A stretch of DNA of 63,994 bases, the filler included, from Diploschistes diacapsis (taxonomy: Eukaryota), in assembly GCA_023645945.1 (NCBI GenBank). It is 7 parts of 7 records of this genome, joined end to end, with 100 filler letters (N's around TTAATTAATTAA, not from the genome) between each part and the next. Parts side by side here need not be neighbours in the genome. Positions count along the whole stretch, not along the records: positions 1 to 9,174 come from JALAIB010001066.1; positions 9,275 to 18,448 come from JALAIB010001067.1; 5 more parts are not named here. The stretch is one strand, 5' to 3'. How positions within the stretch are numbered: position 1 is the stretch's first letter; each line of letters opens with the position of its first letter. The translations under genes and the position numbers were made by a program. Under the pieces are notes generated by a model, which was not told the origin of the DNA, ran no database searches, and was given only the letters and a program-made list of their open reading frames with translations. Shown here in pieces: positions 1-12,133 of this stretch.

Positions 1-665
1 CTGGGACTGGGATTGGGATTGGGGTCAGGCTCTGTGGGGGGCGGGCATTTATCAGTGATGGAGATGCCGGAGCGGGTGGCGTTTGGGGACAACGGAGAGG
101 AGGCCGAAGCCGAGAGCGCGAGCGACGACAAGGGCGAAGAAGTGGAGGAGGAGGAGGAGACACGGCGTCGGCCTTCAGGCCCGGTGTTTTCCCGCCGTCG
201 AGCGCGGATGCGCAAGCAGTCTCTTGCGCATGAAAACCCTCTCGGGGAACCGGGCTTCGTGCGTATCGCCGGCTTGAAAGCCGATGCTGCGAGCTTGGAA
301 TGTGCGCGGAGGGGTGCGGCGCGGCGGATATACCTAGGAGAGATGGCATTGGAAGCGGGGGGCATGGTTTCGTGGGTACGATGTGTGGATAGTAAGTAGT
401 AGTTGGAGAAGAGGGGTGGAGAGGAGTAACTGGACGGTCAAGAGTTCGCGGGTGGGTGCTGATGTGAGCACCGGGGTTGGTCGGGGTTAAAAGGCTTTTC
501 GGCGCTTTGGACTTGAGTAGGGCAACATGACGAGGTCATAAAAAAAAGAGACGGACGCTAGTCTACTTTAGGATGTTTAGACATAAGCGTTAAATATATT
601 TATGGGCGTGAAAAAAATAGGAATATAAGAATATAATCTTCATTAATTTACTCAATTGTTAAAGC

Positions 666-870
666 TTTAATTATAAAATAAGAATTTAAAGATACAATCC
701 CTAAAATTTAAAAAAGTTAAAAATTTAAGATATAACTCCCAATAACCTACCCAGTTTTTAAACCTTAATTATGCAGTAAGAATTTGGGGATGCAATTCCT
801 GAAATTTAAAAAAAAAAAGGGGTTAAGAATACAACCCTTAATAACCTATCCAGTTTTTCAAGCCTAAATT
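666..870. repeat. AT-rich ~99-bp tandem duplication with RIP-like divergence (repeat relic)
   Basis: Two adjacent copies: TAAGAATTTAAAGATACAATCCCTAAAATTT...AATAACCTACCCAGTTTTT versus TAAGAATTTGGGGATGCAATTCCTGAAATTT...AATAACCTATCCAGTTTTT. They differ mainly by G/A and C/T transitions and lie in an AT-rich island (~585-950). Confidence 0.7.
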
Positions 871-1088
871 TTTTATTCAGTACTTACTACTTCGCTTAAG
901 AACTTGGAGGCTGCTTACCGACACATGATATTAATTTTTAATACTCGAAAATAGCTCCTGATCTCTATATCTAGCAATTTCAGCTTCTTTCGTTATTCTG
1001 TTGTCGAGCAAAGTAGTATGAAGTTGAAGACGAAATTCCATGCAATATAGCTCTCAGCACCTCAGCATTTCCCCCGCCATCTACTCCC

Positions 1089-2471
1089 TCAAATGCTCAC
1101 AGTCATAGCTGCAGCATCAATGCTAATCTCCCCCGCAAACACCTGCCTCGTCCCATCAGTGCCGTTCAAGTTCGAATTCCACAGCATCTTCTGCGCATCC
1201 AGCTGCACCGTCGCACTCCCCGGACACCACAGCGTCTTATTATTATCCCCAGTCCGCAACAGCGACCCCGCGGCCCGCTCGTAGCGCCGTCCGCCACCCA
1301 GTACGCCGTGAGCGCTCATAGCGTACGAGACGGCCAGGCTCCCATCCTGTTCGCATCCACTAGTAAAGAAAAGAACGTAGAGCCAGCCGCTCTCTGCCGA
1401 AGCGGAAGCCACGCGGGTCATGCTGGGTGCCCGGATGGGTATTGCGTTGACGACGTCTGGCGCCAGCATCTCGACTGGGGAGCCGACGAGGGTGACGCCG
1501 TCCGTGGGAGAGACTTCTTGGATCATGAGCGGTGAGCTGGAGGGCAGTGCGCAGGGGCCGTAGTACCCCGTGTCGCCGAGCCCCTGGCTGTCGCTGTTTT
1601 GTTTGTAGATGACGTACTGCTGCCCGGTGTAGTCTAGGAAGCCTGCTGGATCTATTGCACCTCCTCGTCTGGTTGACATGTTAGAACTGTAGTAGAGGCA
1701 GAGCACAGGCTGGTATGATCTCAATCAGGGTGGGGTACGTGAAGAAGATAGAGCGAAGAGTGCCATCTCAATTAGGGCAAGGTGGGTGTTGAAGGCAGAA
1801 TGGACACCAAAGCCTCGTTAGGGCAGGGTATTTTGATAGACCTCGACTAGAGACCAGCATCTCAATCAAGGCTGGATATGTCGCAGGGGTAGAGAAATGA
1901 CCAACATCTCAATCAGGGCGAGGTAAACTTACTCGACGGGACAGACAATCGGCTGCTCCAGAGGCGTGTACGTCCCATCATAGTTCACAGCCGTCGCCGC
2001 CCCGACGCAATACGTCGAACTATTAGCCAGCTGCGCCGCAAAGTACATGACGTACGTCTCATTCGGCTTCCCCCAAAAATTAGCCAATGCATCCAGCCAA
2101 TCCAACCACTTCAGCAAAATCAACTCACAAGCTGCACAACGTCCGGCGCAAAGACACCCGTACCGTATTCCGCCCAAGAAGGCGGCCCAGACAGAGCATC
2201 GATGTCGGGCATCACGGACCAGTACTCGAAGTCCAGGGACGTGGCTATGGGCACGTTGATGCCGGCGCTGAGATTGCTAGAGGAGAAGGCCGCGCAGATG
2301 GTTGCCGCCCGGTGGCACGTACCAGCCTGGGTCGGGGAAGTTGGCTCGGATGGAGGGGAACGGGTACATCGTTCTTTTCTCCAGCTGGGGGGCAGAAATA
2401 GGGACTCGAGAGGCGAAACTGGAAGAGAATAAGAGGGTGAGTGCGAGGCTGACGGAGCGTAGGGGTGCCAT
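1089..2471 (-). CDS. Secreted glycoside hydrolase family 43-like protein (spliced; possibly inactive or frameshifted)
   Basis: Signal peptide MAPLRSVSLALTLLFSSSFA. GH43 motifs NFPDPG, VFAPDV, YVMYFAA, CVGAATA, GGAIDPAGF, WLYVLFF, CPGSATV occur across ORFs 2277..2582, 2120..2500, 1929..2177 and 1089..1724. Introns at ~2128-2068 (GTGAGT..AG) and ~1932-1670 (GTAAGT..CAG). Confidence 0.8.
1718..1925. repeat. Degenerate minisatellite with 47-bp period (5 cores) inside the long GH43 intron
   Basis: Core ATCTCAATYARGGY starts at 1718, 1765, 1859 and 1906, with a degenerate copy (GCCTCGTTAGGGC) at 1812. Spacing is 47 nt at every step. Confidence 0.8.
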
Positions 2472-3073
2472 TTCGTTGACGCTGGGAGGGAAATCAACAT
2501 GTACCGTACGGTGAGGAAGAAGAGGACGTTGGAAACTAAATCGAAGCGGAAAGCGGAAAAACAGGCTTATAAGACATCCCATCCCGCCTTAAAATATTGA
2601 AAATTTCTTCCTCTTGGGATGTGCTGCAACGGGGAGGTAGAGCCGACTCGGTTACAACATTCAGTCTCTCCAGCCAGTACTTACCAACCCTCCACCGCTT
2701 ACTCGCTGGAAAAAAGCAGCATGACATACAATAGAGCAATGACCAATGTAATGCCAACATTGGAATACGAGTGGACAAACAGATGTGGGATTGAACCTTT
2801 GCTTCATGCTACACCAAGAATTGACTCCATAATAAGATTTGAAGATGATGCTGTGCAGCGTTTCACCACATACCTGGAGCAAACACGTAGCCCGAGAGAG
2901 TCACAGGAAGGTCCTTGAGGGTAGGTATCCCAGAATCTAACCGAGCGAGGGCTGCACTCCGCATAATCTGACTTGATCTTGCCTGACTGAAATGGATTAG
3001 TATCGACAATACTACCTACACAAAATACCCAACGAATATCCAACAACTATTCTCTCGAATGTTCACAATATGT

Positions 3074-4512
3074 CTACTTCTTCTTCTCCCTTTGGCCATA
3101 GGCCTTGGTTGCGTAGTCTCCCTTGTGCACAATCAGATCCTCGGGCCTGTAGTCCTCCTTTCCGCTAAAGTAACTCTCCAGAATGGCCTTGGTACCGGCA
3201 GCGTACCTCTTCTGGGCATCGAGCGACGTACCGGACATGTGAGCGACCATGGCGTTTCCGCCGCCGAAGGGGTTCTTGGCGTGGCGGAGGGGGTGGTCCT
3301 TCGGCGCTGGCTGCGGGAACCAGACGTCGCCACCGTATCCGCGGAGGTGACCGGACTTGAGAGCCTCGGCGACGTCCTCCTTGACGACGATGGCGCCACG
3401 CGCGGTGTTGACAAGCCACGAGCCTGCTTGAATCAGCGTTGTTTGGCTCCGTATCTAAAAGCCTTGCATACCCTTCTTCATCTTGGCAATCAGATCCTTG
3501 TTGAACAAGCCGCGGGTCTTCTCGTGCAGCGGGCAGTTGATGGTGACAACGTCGCACTGGCCGAGCATCTCCTCGAGGCTATCGACTCTCCGGGCGCCGA
3601 TTTCCTTCTCGACCTCGGGCTTGAGCGGCTGGTAATCGAAGTAGAGGAGCTCCTTGCACTCGAACGGCTTCAGTCGCCGCAGGACACGCTCGCCGATTCT
3701 GCCAACAGCAACCGTACCCACGACCTTGTTTTCCAGGTCGTATTCGTTCTTGGCGACCTCCGCAACGTTCCAGTCCCCGCGCTCGATTTGCTCGTGGGCA
3801 GGGACGAAGTTGCGGACAAGGGTGAGGATGGTCATGATGACATGCTCGGCAACGGAAACGACGTTGGACCCAGTGACTTCGGCAACGGTAATGCCGCCAT
3901 TGGTCTCGTTCGCGGCATCGAGGTCGACGTGGTCGGACCCAATGCCGGCAGTAACGGCAATCTTGAGCTTCTTGGCCTTGGCCAGACGCTCGGCGGTGAG
4001 GTATGCGGGGTGGAAGCTTCAAGCGATCAGATATGAAGCAGGAGCCTGCAGCTCCGCAGACAATGACTTACGGCGTAGTGATGACGACTTCGGCGTCTAC
4101 AAGCTCCTTGTCAAACGTGCTGTTCTCGCCCTCCTTGTCACTGGTCGTCACAAGCGTGTGGCCCTTGTCCTCGAGCCATTTTCGAATGCCAAGCTCGTTT
4201 TCCGTCGTTCCCAATAGCTCTGGAACCTGTTTCGCGTGCTCGCCGCCATCGTAAAGAACCAGCAGAACTTTACCCTAGACAATAGAGTCAGTGACTTGTT
4301 TGTTGCATTTGACAATATCCGTTGTTGGAGGTAGGTGGGTAGGTAGGAGACATGGAGAGAACCTGCTGCGCTGAGGTTGCGGAGAAAGCTCGTGCAGCTT
4401 CCCTGTGCTTCGCGAATGACGCAAGGCTGGGCGTTCGGGAAGAGCGGGTGGATGCAGAGAGAAGGGAAGTTGCAGGTCGAACGACACGAGAAATGGAACG
4501 AGTGAATACCAT
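3074..4512 (-). CDS. fdh: NAD-dependent formate dehydrogenase with N-terminal mitochondrial-type presequence
   Basis: Exon 1 ([13 protein letters not shown]...FSATSAQQ) splices to [22 protein letters not shown]. Later exons contain [47 protein letters not shown] and PHMSGT. TAG stop at 3074-3076; three introns. Confidence 0.95.
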
Positions 4513-7255
4513 GATGAACGCAATTCAATTGATCATTCCAGTTTGCTAAAGAGGGAAGAAGAGGTTCAGGGTTTTTTCCTGCTGATGGAAAGCCTTTCTC
4601 GATTTCGATTGTTGTGATGTAATAGTGAGCCGGGAGCTGAAAGCGGGCGGATGGGAGGGGTTCGGGAGCTTGGCCGGTTTAGCGAAACTACTTGGGAGGG
4701 AAGAGTAATGACTCTGTTCCGGAAGATTGATGTTGAGTGACCCGAGCTTTTAGAGATTCACTCGAGAGAGGATGAGTTGCAACAATGCGAGGCTCGTGCG
4801 TGACTGCAGCGAATATCACTTGCGCTGGTGGAACAATATAGAACTTTAATGCTCGGCTGTAAGGAATATCGCAAACCAAATGGGTGTAAGACGATACTCT
4901 GATGCTGGAGACCCGACCGTAAGCGACAGAGATGTCCGAATATATATACATATCCCACTTCTCAACCCCTCATCATCGTTGTCTGTACCAACGATGTCTG
5001 GACCCTGGTCCAACGGTACAAGCCCTTGCGTGCATACCCACAATGTGTCCTACCTCAACCGACTTCGCAGCTTCTGGCCAAGCCTGCTGCCGTCGAACCG
5101 GACGTTGGGTCTCTGAGCTTCAAGGTCCTGTTACTCTGTTCGACCACGTGAAGAGTATTGGCGTCTCCCAGAGACCACTGCTGTCACATTCGCTCACCGT
5201 GAAAGGTTATGTGATATTTTGACTGCGGGGTAAAACGTGCTCACAGGCAACTGAAAGAGGAATCGTCGCCCTTGTTCCCGAATTCTTGAAGGTGAGTAAT
5301 CTCGAGCCAACTGAAGAAGCGAATGATGCTGTAACATATCCGCAGCTAGCCAGGGTCACACCAGCCTTTCATATATCCTTTCCATCTCATCAGGCTGGCT
5401 CGCGGAAGAAGCCCGTTGTTTGGGTATCTCAATTCCGCATATGTGAGGAGGTTCCGTATTCTGTCCATCAAAATAAGCGGGATGGATCGAGGCTTCGTGC
5501 AAATGCCTTGAATTGACAAGGTCAGTGAAATAGCATAAGGAATCCCGCTTTAGCTTCGAGAATATTATGACCGAAGGTGGACGAGTAGTGTTCCAGAGCT
5601 GGATAGCGGAAAAGCATGGAACAGGGGCAAACTGGGGTCTTGAGCAGCAATATTGTGCAGATACTGCAAGAACAGAATTTCCAGGAGTGCCGGTACTTTC
5701 AAAACGGACCAAGGAGCACTATATTTCTGTCAAGCTTCCAGACGGAGCCGCGTGCAGTTGCAGCAACAGTTAGAGTCCAGTCAAGAATCGGATGGCTCAA
5801 ACCAGAAAATAATGAGAAAGAAGAGAAAGCGAAGAACTCGTACAAATTTTCTGGAAGATTCAGACAAGCACATGACCTACATTGAACGGCTACCAATATG
5901 CGCACAGCATTCATCAACCGACCGGGCTGAGGAAGGTTTCAACTCCTGACTAATACATGTACGTACCTCTTGACGGCTGAACGCAAAGTGGTCGGCAGTA
6001 CTTGTGATTGCTGGAAAGCCATACTGAACTATGATAGGCAGCTAGGACTCGAGAGAAATAAACATGACGTAGGGGCTTGGAAATTTGGAAAATTTGGAGT
6101 GTGGATGCGGGTTAGCGCTGAAGGAATCTAAGCGAAATAAAATGAACGCTTTGGGAAATCTCGTGAGCAATAGTATCCAGGGTGGAGGATTGAAAGAAGT
6201 ACAGTTATGATAGAGATTAGATAAGTGTCGGAAGGAACTCCATCGTTGAAATTAGGAAAATGCATGCAGTGACGTATGTTGTAATTCTGCAGCCTTAATG
6301 TAGAATGTGGCAAAAAAACTGGAGGAAACAAGCATGAAAACCTGAAAGTGCTGACGCTAGCACTTGCAGGCGGCTTGAGCTTCAAATTAAATTACGAATA
6401 ATTAATTTCCAATTTTCTGGTTGAGGCTTGAGGCGGTGAAGTGTGGCGTTGTGGCTGGGCTGTGTGGCTGGGCGATCGACACTTTGTTCCTTGCTTCTTT
6501 GCTGATGAAAAGATGTCAGTGGGCGTGGGTGGTAGATGGATTGGCTCTGGCGTGGCTTCTGCATGCTTGACTCGTTGCTTCCATCACGTTCTTGGTTCGA
6601 TTCACATGATGAAAAGACAGGAACTGGGTATTATGCCAAGGTTGAGGAAATGATGATATCGTGATGAGTAATGAGTCGTACCGAACCGAGCCGTGTGGAA
6701 ATCAGGCACAAAAGCGTCATGCTACGCTTAGATGCTAGATGCTAGGCCACTAAAGTGGGGAAAGAAGGAAAAAAACGACTTAATTGGTCAACTGAGTGTT
6801 TTGCATGCGCATTCGATCTAGTAGCGCCAAGATCCCAATTGATTTCGCCCCGGCTAGTAGGGAATCATGGTATCAGAAATCAAGACCTATAGTTAATCTC
6901 CCACTGAATAAAATACCCCAAATGACTAATAATGACTGGGGCAAAACATCGCTGAGCTACGTACCATGGGTTACGTAGTAGACCCGGCAGCTGCCCCCGA
7001 CTATTGCCTATTGGTCTTGCTTGCCTCGCACTGACCCAAAGCATGGAAGCACAATATTATAGCTTCAATCTCCCACTTCACGTCTGAACCTTTTTCTCTC
7101 ACCTTCACTCTCACCTATCCCGCACCTACAAAGCCTACGCCCGCCCACGTCAACAAAGCGCGTCAAAGCAGCTTTCCATTCCCAGCTCCTTCTGTCCTCT
7201 CGCCATCCTCTATTCGAGACACCTAGATAGCTCACTCTCGCTCTCACTCGTCAAG

Positions 7256-8333
7256 ATGAAGTACACCGCTGTTGCCGCTGCTCTTTTCGCCGGCCTTGTC
7301 TCCGCTCAGGGTGACGTTGGGTCCCTGCCTCAATGCGGTGTAAGTCACTATCAATAGTAGAGCTTATCCCAATCACTGATCTTTGTTGAAGCAATACTGC
7401 ATCACCAGCATGCTTGGCAAGGCCCAGTCGCTCGGCTGTGGCCAGTCCGACATTGCCTGTCTTTGCAAGAACACCGACTTCACCAATGGCGTCCATGACT
7501 GCACCGTCGAGTCTTGCCCATCGGCCTCCCAAGCCCAGATTCTCCAGTTTGGTAGCTCCCTCTGTGCTGCTGCCGCTGCCAGCGGCTCTGGTATCGCGAC
7601 CGTCACTGTTCCCACTGGCTCTGCTACCCTAGTTGTCAGCACTGGAACCGATTCTGGTAAGATTGTATATGGAAAGCGCTTGTAGTGTCTCTTGACTGAT
7701 ATTTCTCCTAGCTGGGAACGGCGTCACCACTACCCTCGGCGGCGCTGGAGCTGGCGGAGTTGTCACTGTGACTGCCACCAACAGCGGTATGTATAGCGAG
7801 CACGTGTGGAAATAATTTCTGATTTATTCCTTTAGATGCCACCACCACCTTCACTACCTCGATCGGTGGAGGCGCTGGTGGGGCTTCTGGGTCCGGTGCC
7901 TCTGGCTCTAACGCTACTGACACCGGGGCCTCGGCTACCGGCTCTGGAGGCAACACTGCCGGTGCCGGCGGCGTCTTGACGACTTTTACAAACTCTGCCG
8001 GCATGACCATCACCAGCAACGCCGGTGCTAGCGTGGTAAGTTTCCTTTGTCTTGCTTGGAGAATGCAAGCTTATTGCTGTTGTATAGCCCAACTCCTCTG
8101 GTCTCGCGTCCGTAGTCTCTTCGCTTGAGTCTGCTGCTTCCTCTGTCGCCAGCCAGGCCTCGTCCGCTGCTAGTGCCGCTTCAACCGCTGCGTCCGGCTC
8201 CAGTAACGGTGGCGCTTCCTCGACTGGTGGCTCCGGTGGTTCCGGCACTTCATCGTCGGCTGGCGATGCCGCTCGTGCGACCGCCTTTGCTGGCCTTGCT
8301 GGTGCCGGACTTGCCGCTCTTGTCTTCCTGTAA
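7256..8333 (+). CDS. GPI-anchored CFEM-domain cell-surface protein
   Basis: Signal peptide MKYTAVAAALFAGLVSA; eight-Cys CFEM pattern (LPQCG/QYC...GCGQSDIACLCKN...VHDCTVESC); Ser/Thr/Gly-rich stalk; hydrophobic C-terminus AFAGLAGAGLAALVFL*; four introns. Confidence 0.92.
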
Positions 8334-9174
8334 AACAGGTCCTCGGGACCAGTCCGCAGAAGCGCAAGCCTCTACTTTTAGCATGGAATTTCCACCCTCC
8401 TAGACGCTGCTAATACCGGCGGCATCTGTCGTTTAATACCTACTATCATTGAGAGAAAGATACCCTTTGCTGTCTTACCGTTTCAAACCCGGATATCTCA
8501 TCCCGGTATTGGCCTAGCGGACTGTTAATATTTCTAATCATGGACGGCGGAGTAATGCGAACCACGACTGCTAATACCCCTTACTCTGGTTGGGTCTAAT
8601 TCATTTTACGTCACTCCCTGCGGGTGGCTTGCGGGCTCCTTTCCAAAGGCGGGATGGATGATATACTGGGGAAAGGGGTGGTGAGCTTCGGGTGGAAGAG
8701 AAAGCACAGCATCTGATAATGACATGGTCAGCAACGGTCAAGCAACGGTCAAGCAAGAGCTCGACCTTTATTGTACCTAGGTTGAAAAGCTGTAATAGTA
8801 ATCTAACAAAATGGATGCTACGGGGTTTCCTAGTCCAATATGTGTAAAGAAGCCATGAGGCTATGATCGTCGTCTGGAGGCAGAGGGCTGAAATAGATGC
8901 CTTGCGCGCTGTGCTGTTGTTGGAATGCAACGCAGATCTTACCTTCCTGGCCGACACATGCGCCACGCACCCCCGAACTCGAGCCACAGAGCTTCAGAAC
9001 TCCCTCAAATTGCAATGCACGCTATTTGTATTCTACCCAAAAACACACGGTACGTACACGTACACGTACACGCAATAAGAACCCACATATATGCTATGCT
9101 GTCTGTACACCTCGGCTCTGGACAATTGTACTATCTACCTGTAGCAGGGGGGAAGAGAACATATCGCATGGGGG

Positions 9175-9274
9175 NNNNNNNNNNNNNNNNNNNNNNNNNN
9201 NNNNNNNNNNNNNNNNNNTTAATTAATTAANNNNNNNNNNNNNNNNNNNNNNNNNNNNNNNNNNNNNNNNNNNN
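9175..9274. other. Artificial contig-joining spacer (44N-TTAATTAATTAA-44N)
   Basis: Identical 100-nt linker with stop codons in all six frames, repeated six times in the window. Confidence 0.99.
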
Positions 9275-9688
9275 CGCTATACATATACGTTAATGCATAT
9301 TAATTATTATAAGAACTAGATATGAGCTAAACAGCTTAATAGACACACTATATGTGACCGGAGTAGGGAGCAGGTGGTGCTCCCGAATCGCCCTGGAATA
9401 ACTGGGACCAGTAGGTATCTTGTATTGCTTTCTTCCTGCAGTATTTCTTTGGTGATAAAGTTCAAAGATGTTTTATAGCTACAGTACAAGCCTACCAGTT
9501 TGTTTCATACACCGCTTGAGGAAAACATTATGAAACTAATTTGCTTGCGCCAATCTTAGTTCATTCGGAAATCATCGAGCCTTATATCTCTTCTACTTAT
9601 TTCTCACGGCAATGGGAAGAACCAATTGAAGACACCACACTTCACCTTGCTAGAGCCTCAAGTCTCGAGCGAGGGAACTGATTGGCAA

Positions 9689-11248
9689 CTACAGCCAGCC
9701 GGCATATTGCTCAGGTGATTCGAGCTTCAAACCTTGACTATCCTGCGTAACATCCATTGCATGAACCTGCCTAATCTTAGCCCCCACGTCGTCGCCGCTT
9801 AAAACACTATATCCTTGCAAAAACTTCCTCAGCTTCTGCAGTACTTCTGCACGATCCTCGACGATGAGCACAATCGCATCGTATCCCCCTGCGCCTGGAA
9901 CAACACCTCCCACAATACCTTCAATCGAGGAACATGCATCGATGAGTGAACTTTGCACGTCCGGCTCGATAGGTACGTTAGCTCTAGCTGACATCTCTCG
10001 TGTCAAAGATCGGATCTCCAAAATAATGTCCCTGAGATTGTCAAGAGACTCTGTGGGCTGTAGACAGAGCCTCTGGAGCTCCGAAATGAGCCTATCAGTT
10101 CCCTGTTGAATTGTTTGCCAGAGCGAGTATGCACATTCTGGAAACTGTTTTTTCCATGCGATCACCTTCTTAACCATGCTGGGAGTCTCAGTCCCACAGT
10201 TTACATCACACATTACCAGCCTTAACCCTTGTGGAATGGTCGCCGCACTTTCTTGAATTCCAACGTCCCAGATTGGGTTCACCTTTTGATCATCGACGAT
10301 TGACCTAAGGTGCGCAGAAAAGCCGCAGCTACCCAGCTCACCTACCTTTTCGAGAATCGAAGGAGAAAATCTCCTATAAACACAGGATCCAAATACAGCA
10401 GCTGCAATGTCAAATCCGGAACCGACGTTGCCTTGAGCAGCGCAATGCGAAATTTGCGATAGATTGTGCACGATTTTCTTAAATTCGCGGATTGGAATGT
10501 CTTCACCGATGTGAAAAAAGTGCTCTTTAAGGATAGCGGAGGCCAAAGCAGTGACCAGGGCTGCAGACGAGCCAAGTCCAGTCTTATGTGCGTCTGCGAG
10601 CCTAACATTGAAATTCAGGAAAGGACTGTTCGGGTTTTCCACACATTTAGTGCAATATTCGGAACGTGAGTAGTAATCCGAGTCCGCCAATATAGTAACT
10701 TGTAAAGAACCTAGCATTGGAGATCCTCGGCACGAAAGGTAGCTCAATGTGTAGGAGAGGGTGACTTCTATAAATTTATTGCGTGAAAGTTGGTCAGTAC
10801 CACTAAAGTCATGGATGTATCAGTGATGCTATTGTTGAGAACCGCTAAAACACTAATCTCCAACGCTAGCTTTCGTATCACCACTTATAAGTCGAAGGAT
10901 GGCACTGTGTATGCGAGGTATATACATGCTAGCAGTCGGTCGGCTACCAGATGCTAACAGAGGATCGAAGGAAGTTAAGAAAACCTACCTTTCGCATGGT
11001 ACGATATCAAATCCGGCATCATTTTCGAGCAAATGATATTTATACCGCCACTCCGTGTCTTGAAATTGCGGAGATCGCACAATAACCTCGTTTGAAGTAC
11101 CAGTAAGAGATGTCCGTGAGGCTCGCACATGCACATGTATTCGCGCGCTCAAGCCCAGTACGAGGCCTGTATGGGATCTATCGGTCACCAGATATCCACC
11201 AGCCAGTAGAACTTTCCCAGGCGCCGAAGCAGCGGCTGAAGTAGCCAT
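9689..11248 (-). CDS. ERG8: Phosphomevalonate kinase
   Basis: SAPGKVLLAGGYLV, KTGLGSSAAL, HCAAQGNVGSGFDIAAAVFGS and PGAGGYDAI GHMP-kinase motifs; one intron at ~10987-10803. Confidence 0.95.
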
Positions 11249-12133
11249 AAAGCGCTTCAGCAGTATTGCCTTGTCTTGTGTCCGATTTGTCTTGTCGCAT
11301 TGAGCGAAGACCAGCAACAGCAACCTCGTCGACTGCAGCGCCGGAGTTGGGCTTGAACTTCGCTATCCTAGGTACAAAACAAGAAGGGCGCAAACATCGT
11401 TCATATCCTCATCCTGAGCCCTCCTAACAGTTCGTAGAGTGGGAGTGCGACGTTTATAGGGCTGACAGCCTTGTTGCAGCTTGCACGTGAATCTCAGACC
11501 GGAGCAGAGTTTGTCCGGACGGACTCCGAAGCTCCCACCGGAACATTCAGGAATGTCACTTCCTACTTCTTCCTTGCCTGTCAGGCTTGTGCTCGTTCCT
11601 GCAACGTACTGTCACTTTCTCTTGCCTCATTTTGTCTATCATAATCCCTCATTTCCATATTTTCATTTTGCTTCATTCAATACCTACTTCAGCGCCGTCA
11701 TATATCACTCAGCACGCTCCGCAATGGGTTTTCCCACATTATAACCTAGTGGAGTGCCGAGCCAATTTTAAACTCGAGTTTCTTTCCTCTCATGCATCCA
11801 GCCTCGCCCATCCGATCACCTCGAGACTCGACTCTCAGTTCATCTCGTGTAATCGACTCTGCACAAGCCAGGACACATCTTGAAGCCGAGATTTTATGTG
11901 TTAACGTTCAGCCTACCTAACTGTTCTAGACTTCTTAGGTCTCTGCTATCCAAGACCTCTTTCGCATGTGTTTTCATTTGGCCGACTCGTGCTGCTGGAT
12001 GAACCTAGATTTTCCCTTCCAGCCTGTATTGTTGTGCCTATCTCGTTGGAGGCCTTCTTCAAACATACCAACCTTCCTAAACAACATCGATCAAATTCCT
12101 TAGACCCTTCAGCAAAAATAACAATCAGGCTCA

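Noticed and set aside
1..399. GC-rich open frames on both strands at the window start
   Set aside because: Possibly the 5' end of a minus-strand gene, but there is no recognisable motif and strand and frame cannot be fixed.
1718..1925. Repeat-spacer array as a CRISPR
   Set aside because: It lies in a fungal intron, the cores are short and degenerate, the spacers share residual similarity, and there are no cas genes.
3059..4036. 325-aa plus-strand ORF
   Set aside because: Antisense shadow of the codon-biased fdh gene; no independent motifs.
4600..7200. Many short ORFs between fdh and the CFEM gene
   Set aside because: Divergent intergenic region; the ORFs are short, overlapping and lack coding signal.
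9219..9230. Recurring TTAATTAATTAA palindrome as a biological element
   Set aside because: Always centred in exactly 44+44 Ns; a six-frame-stop assembly linker.
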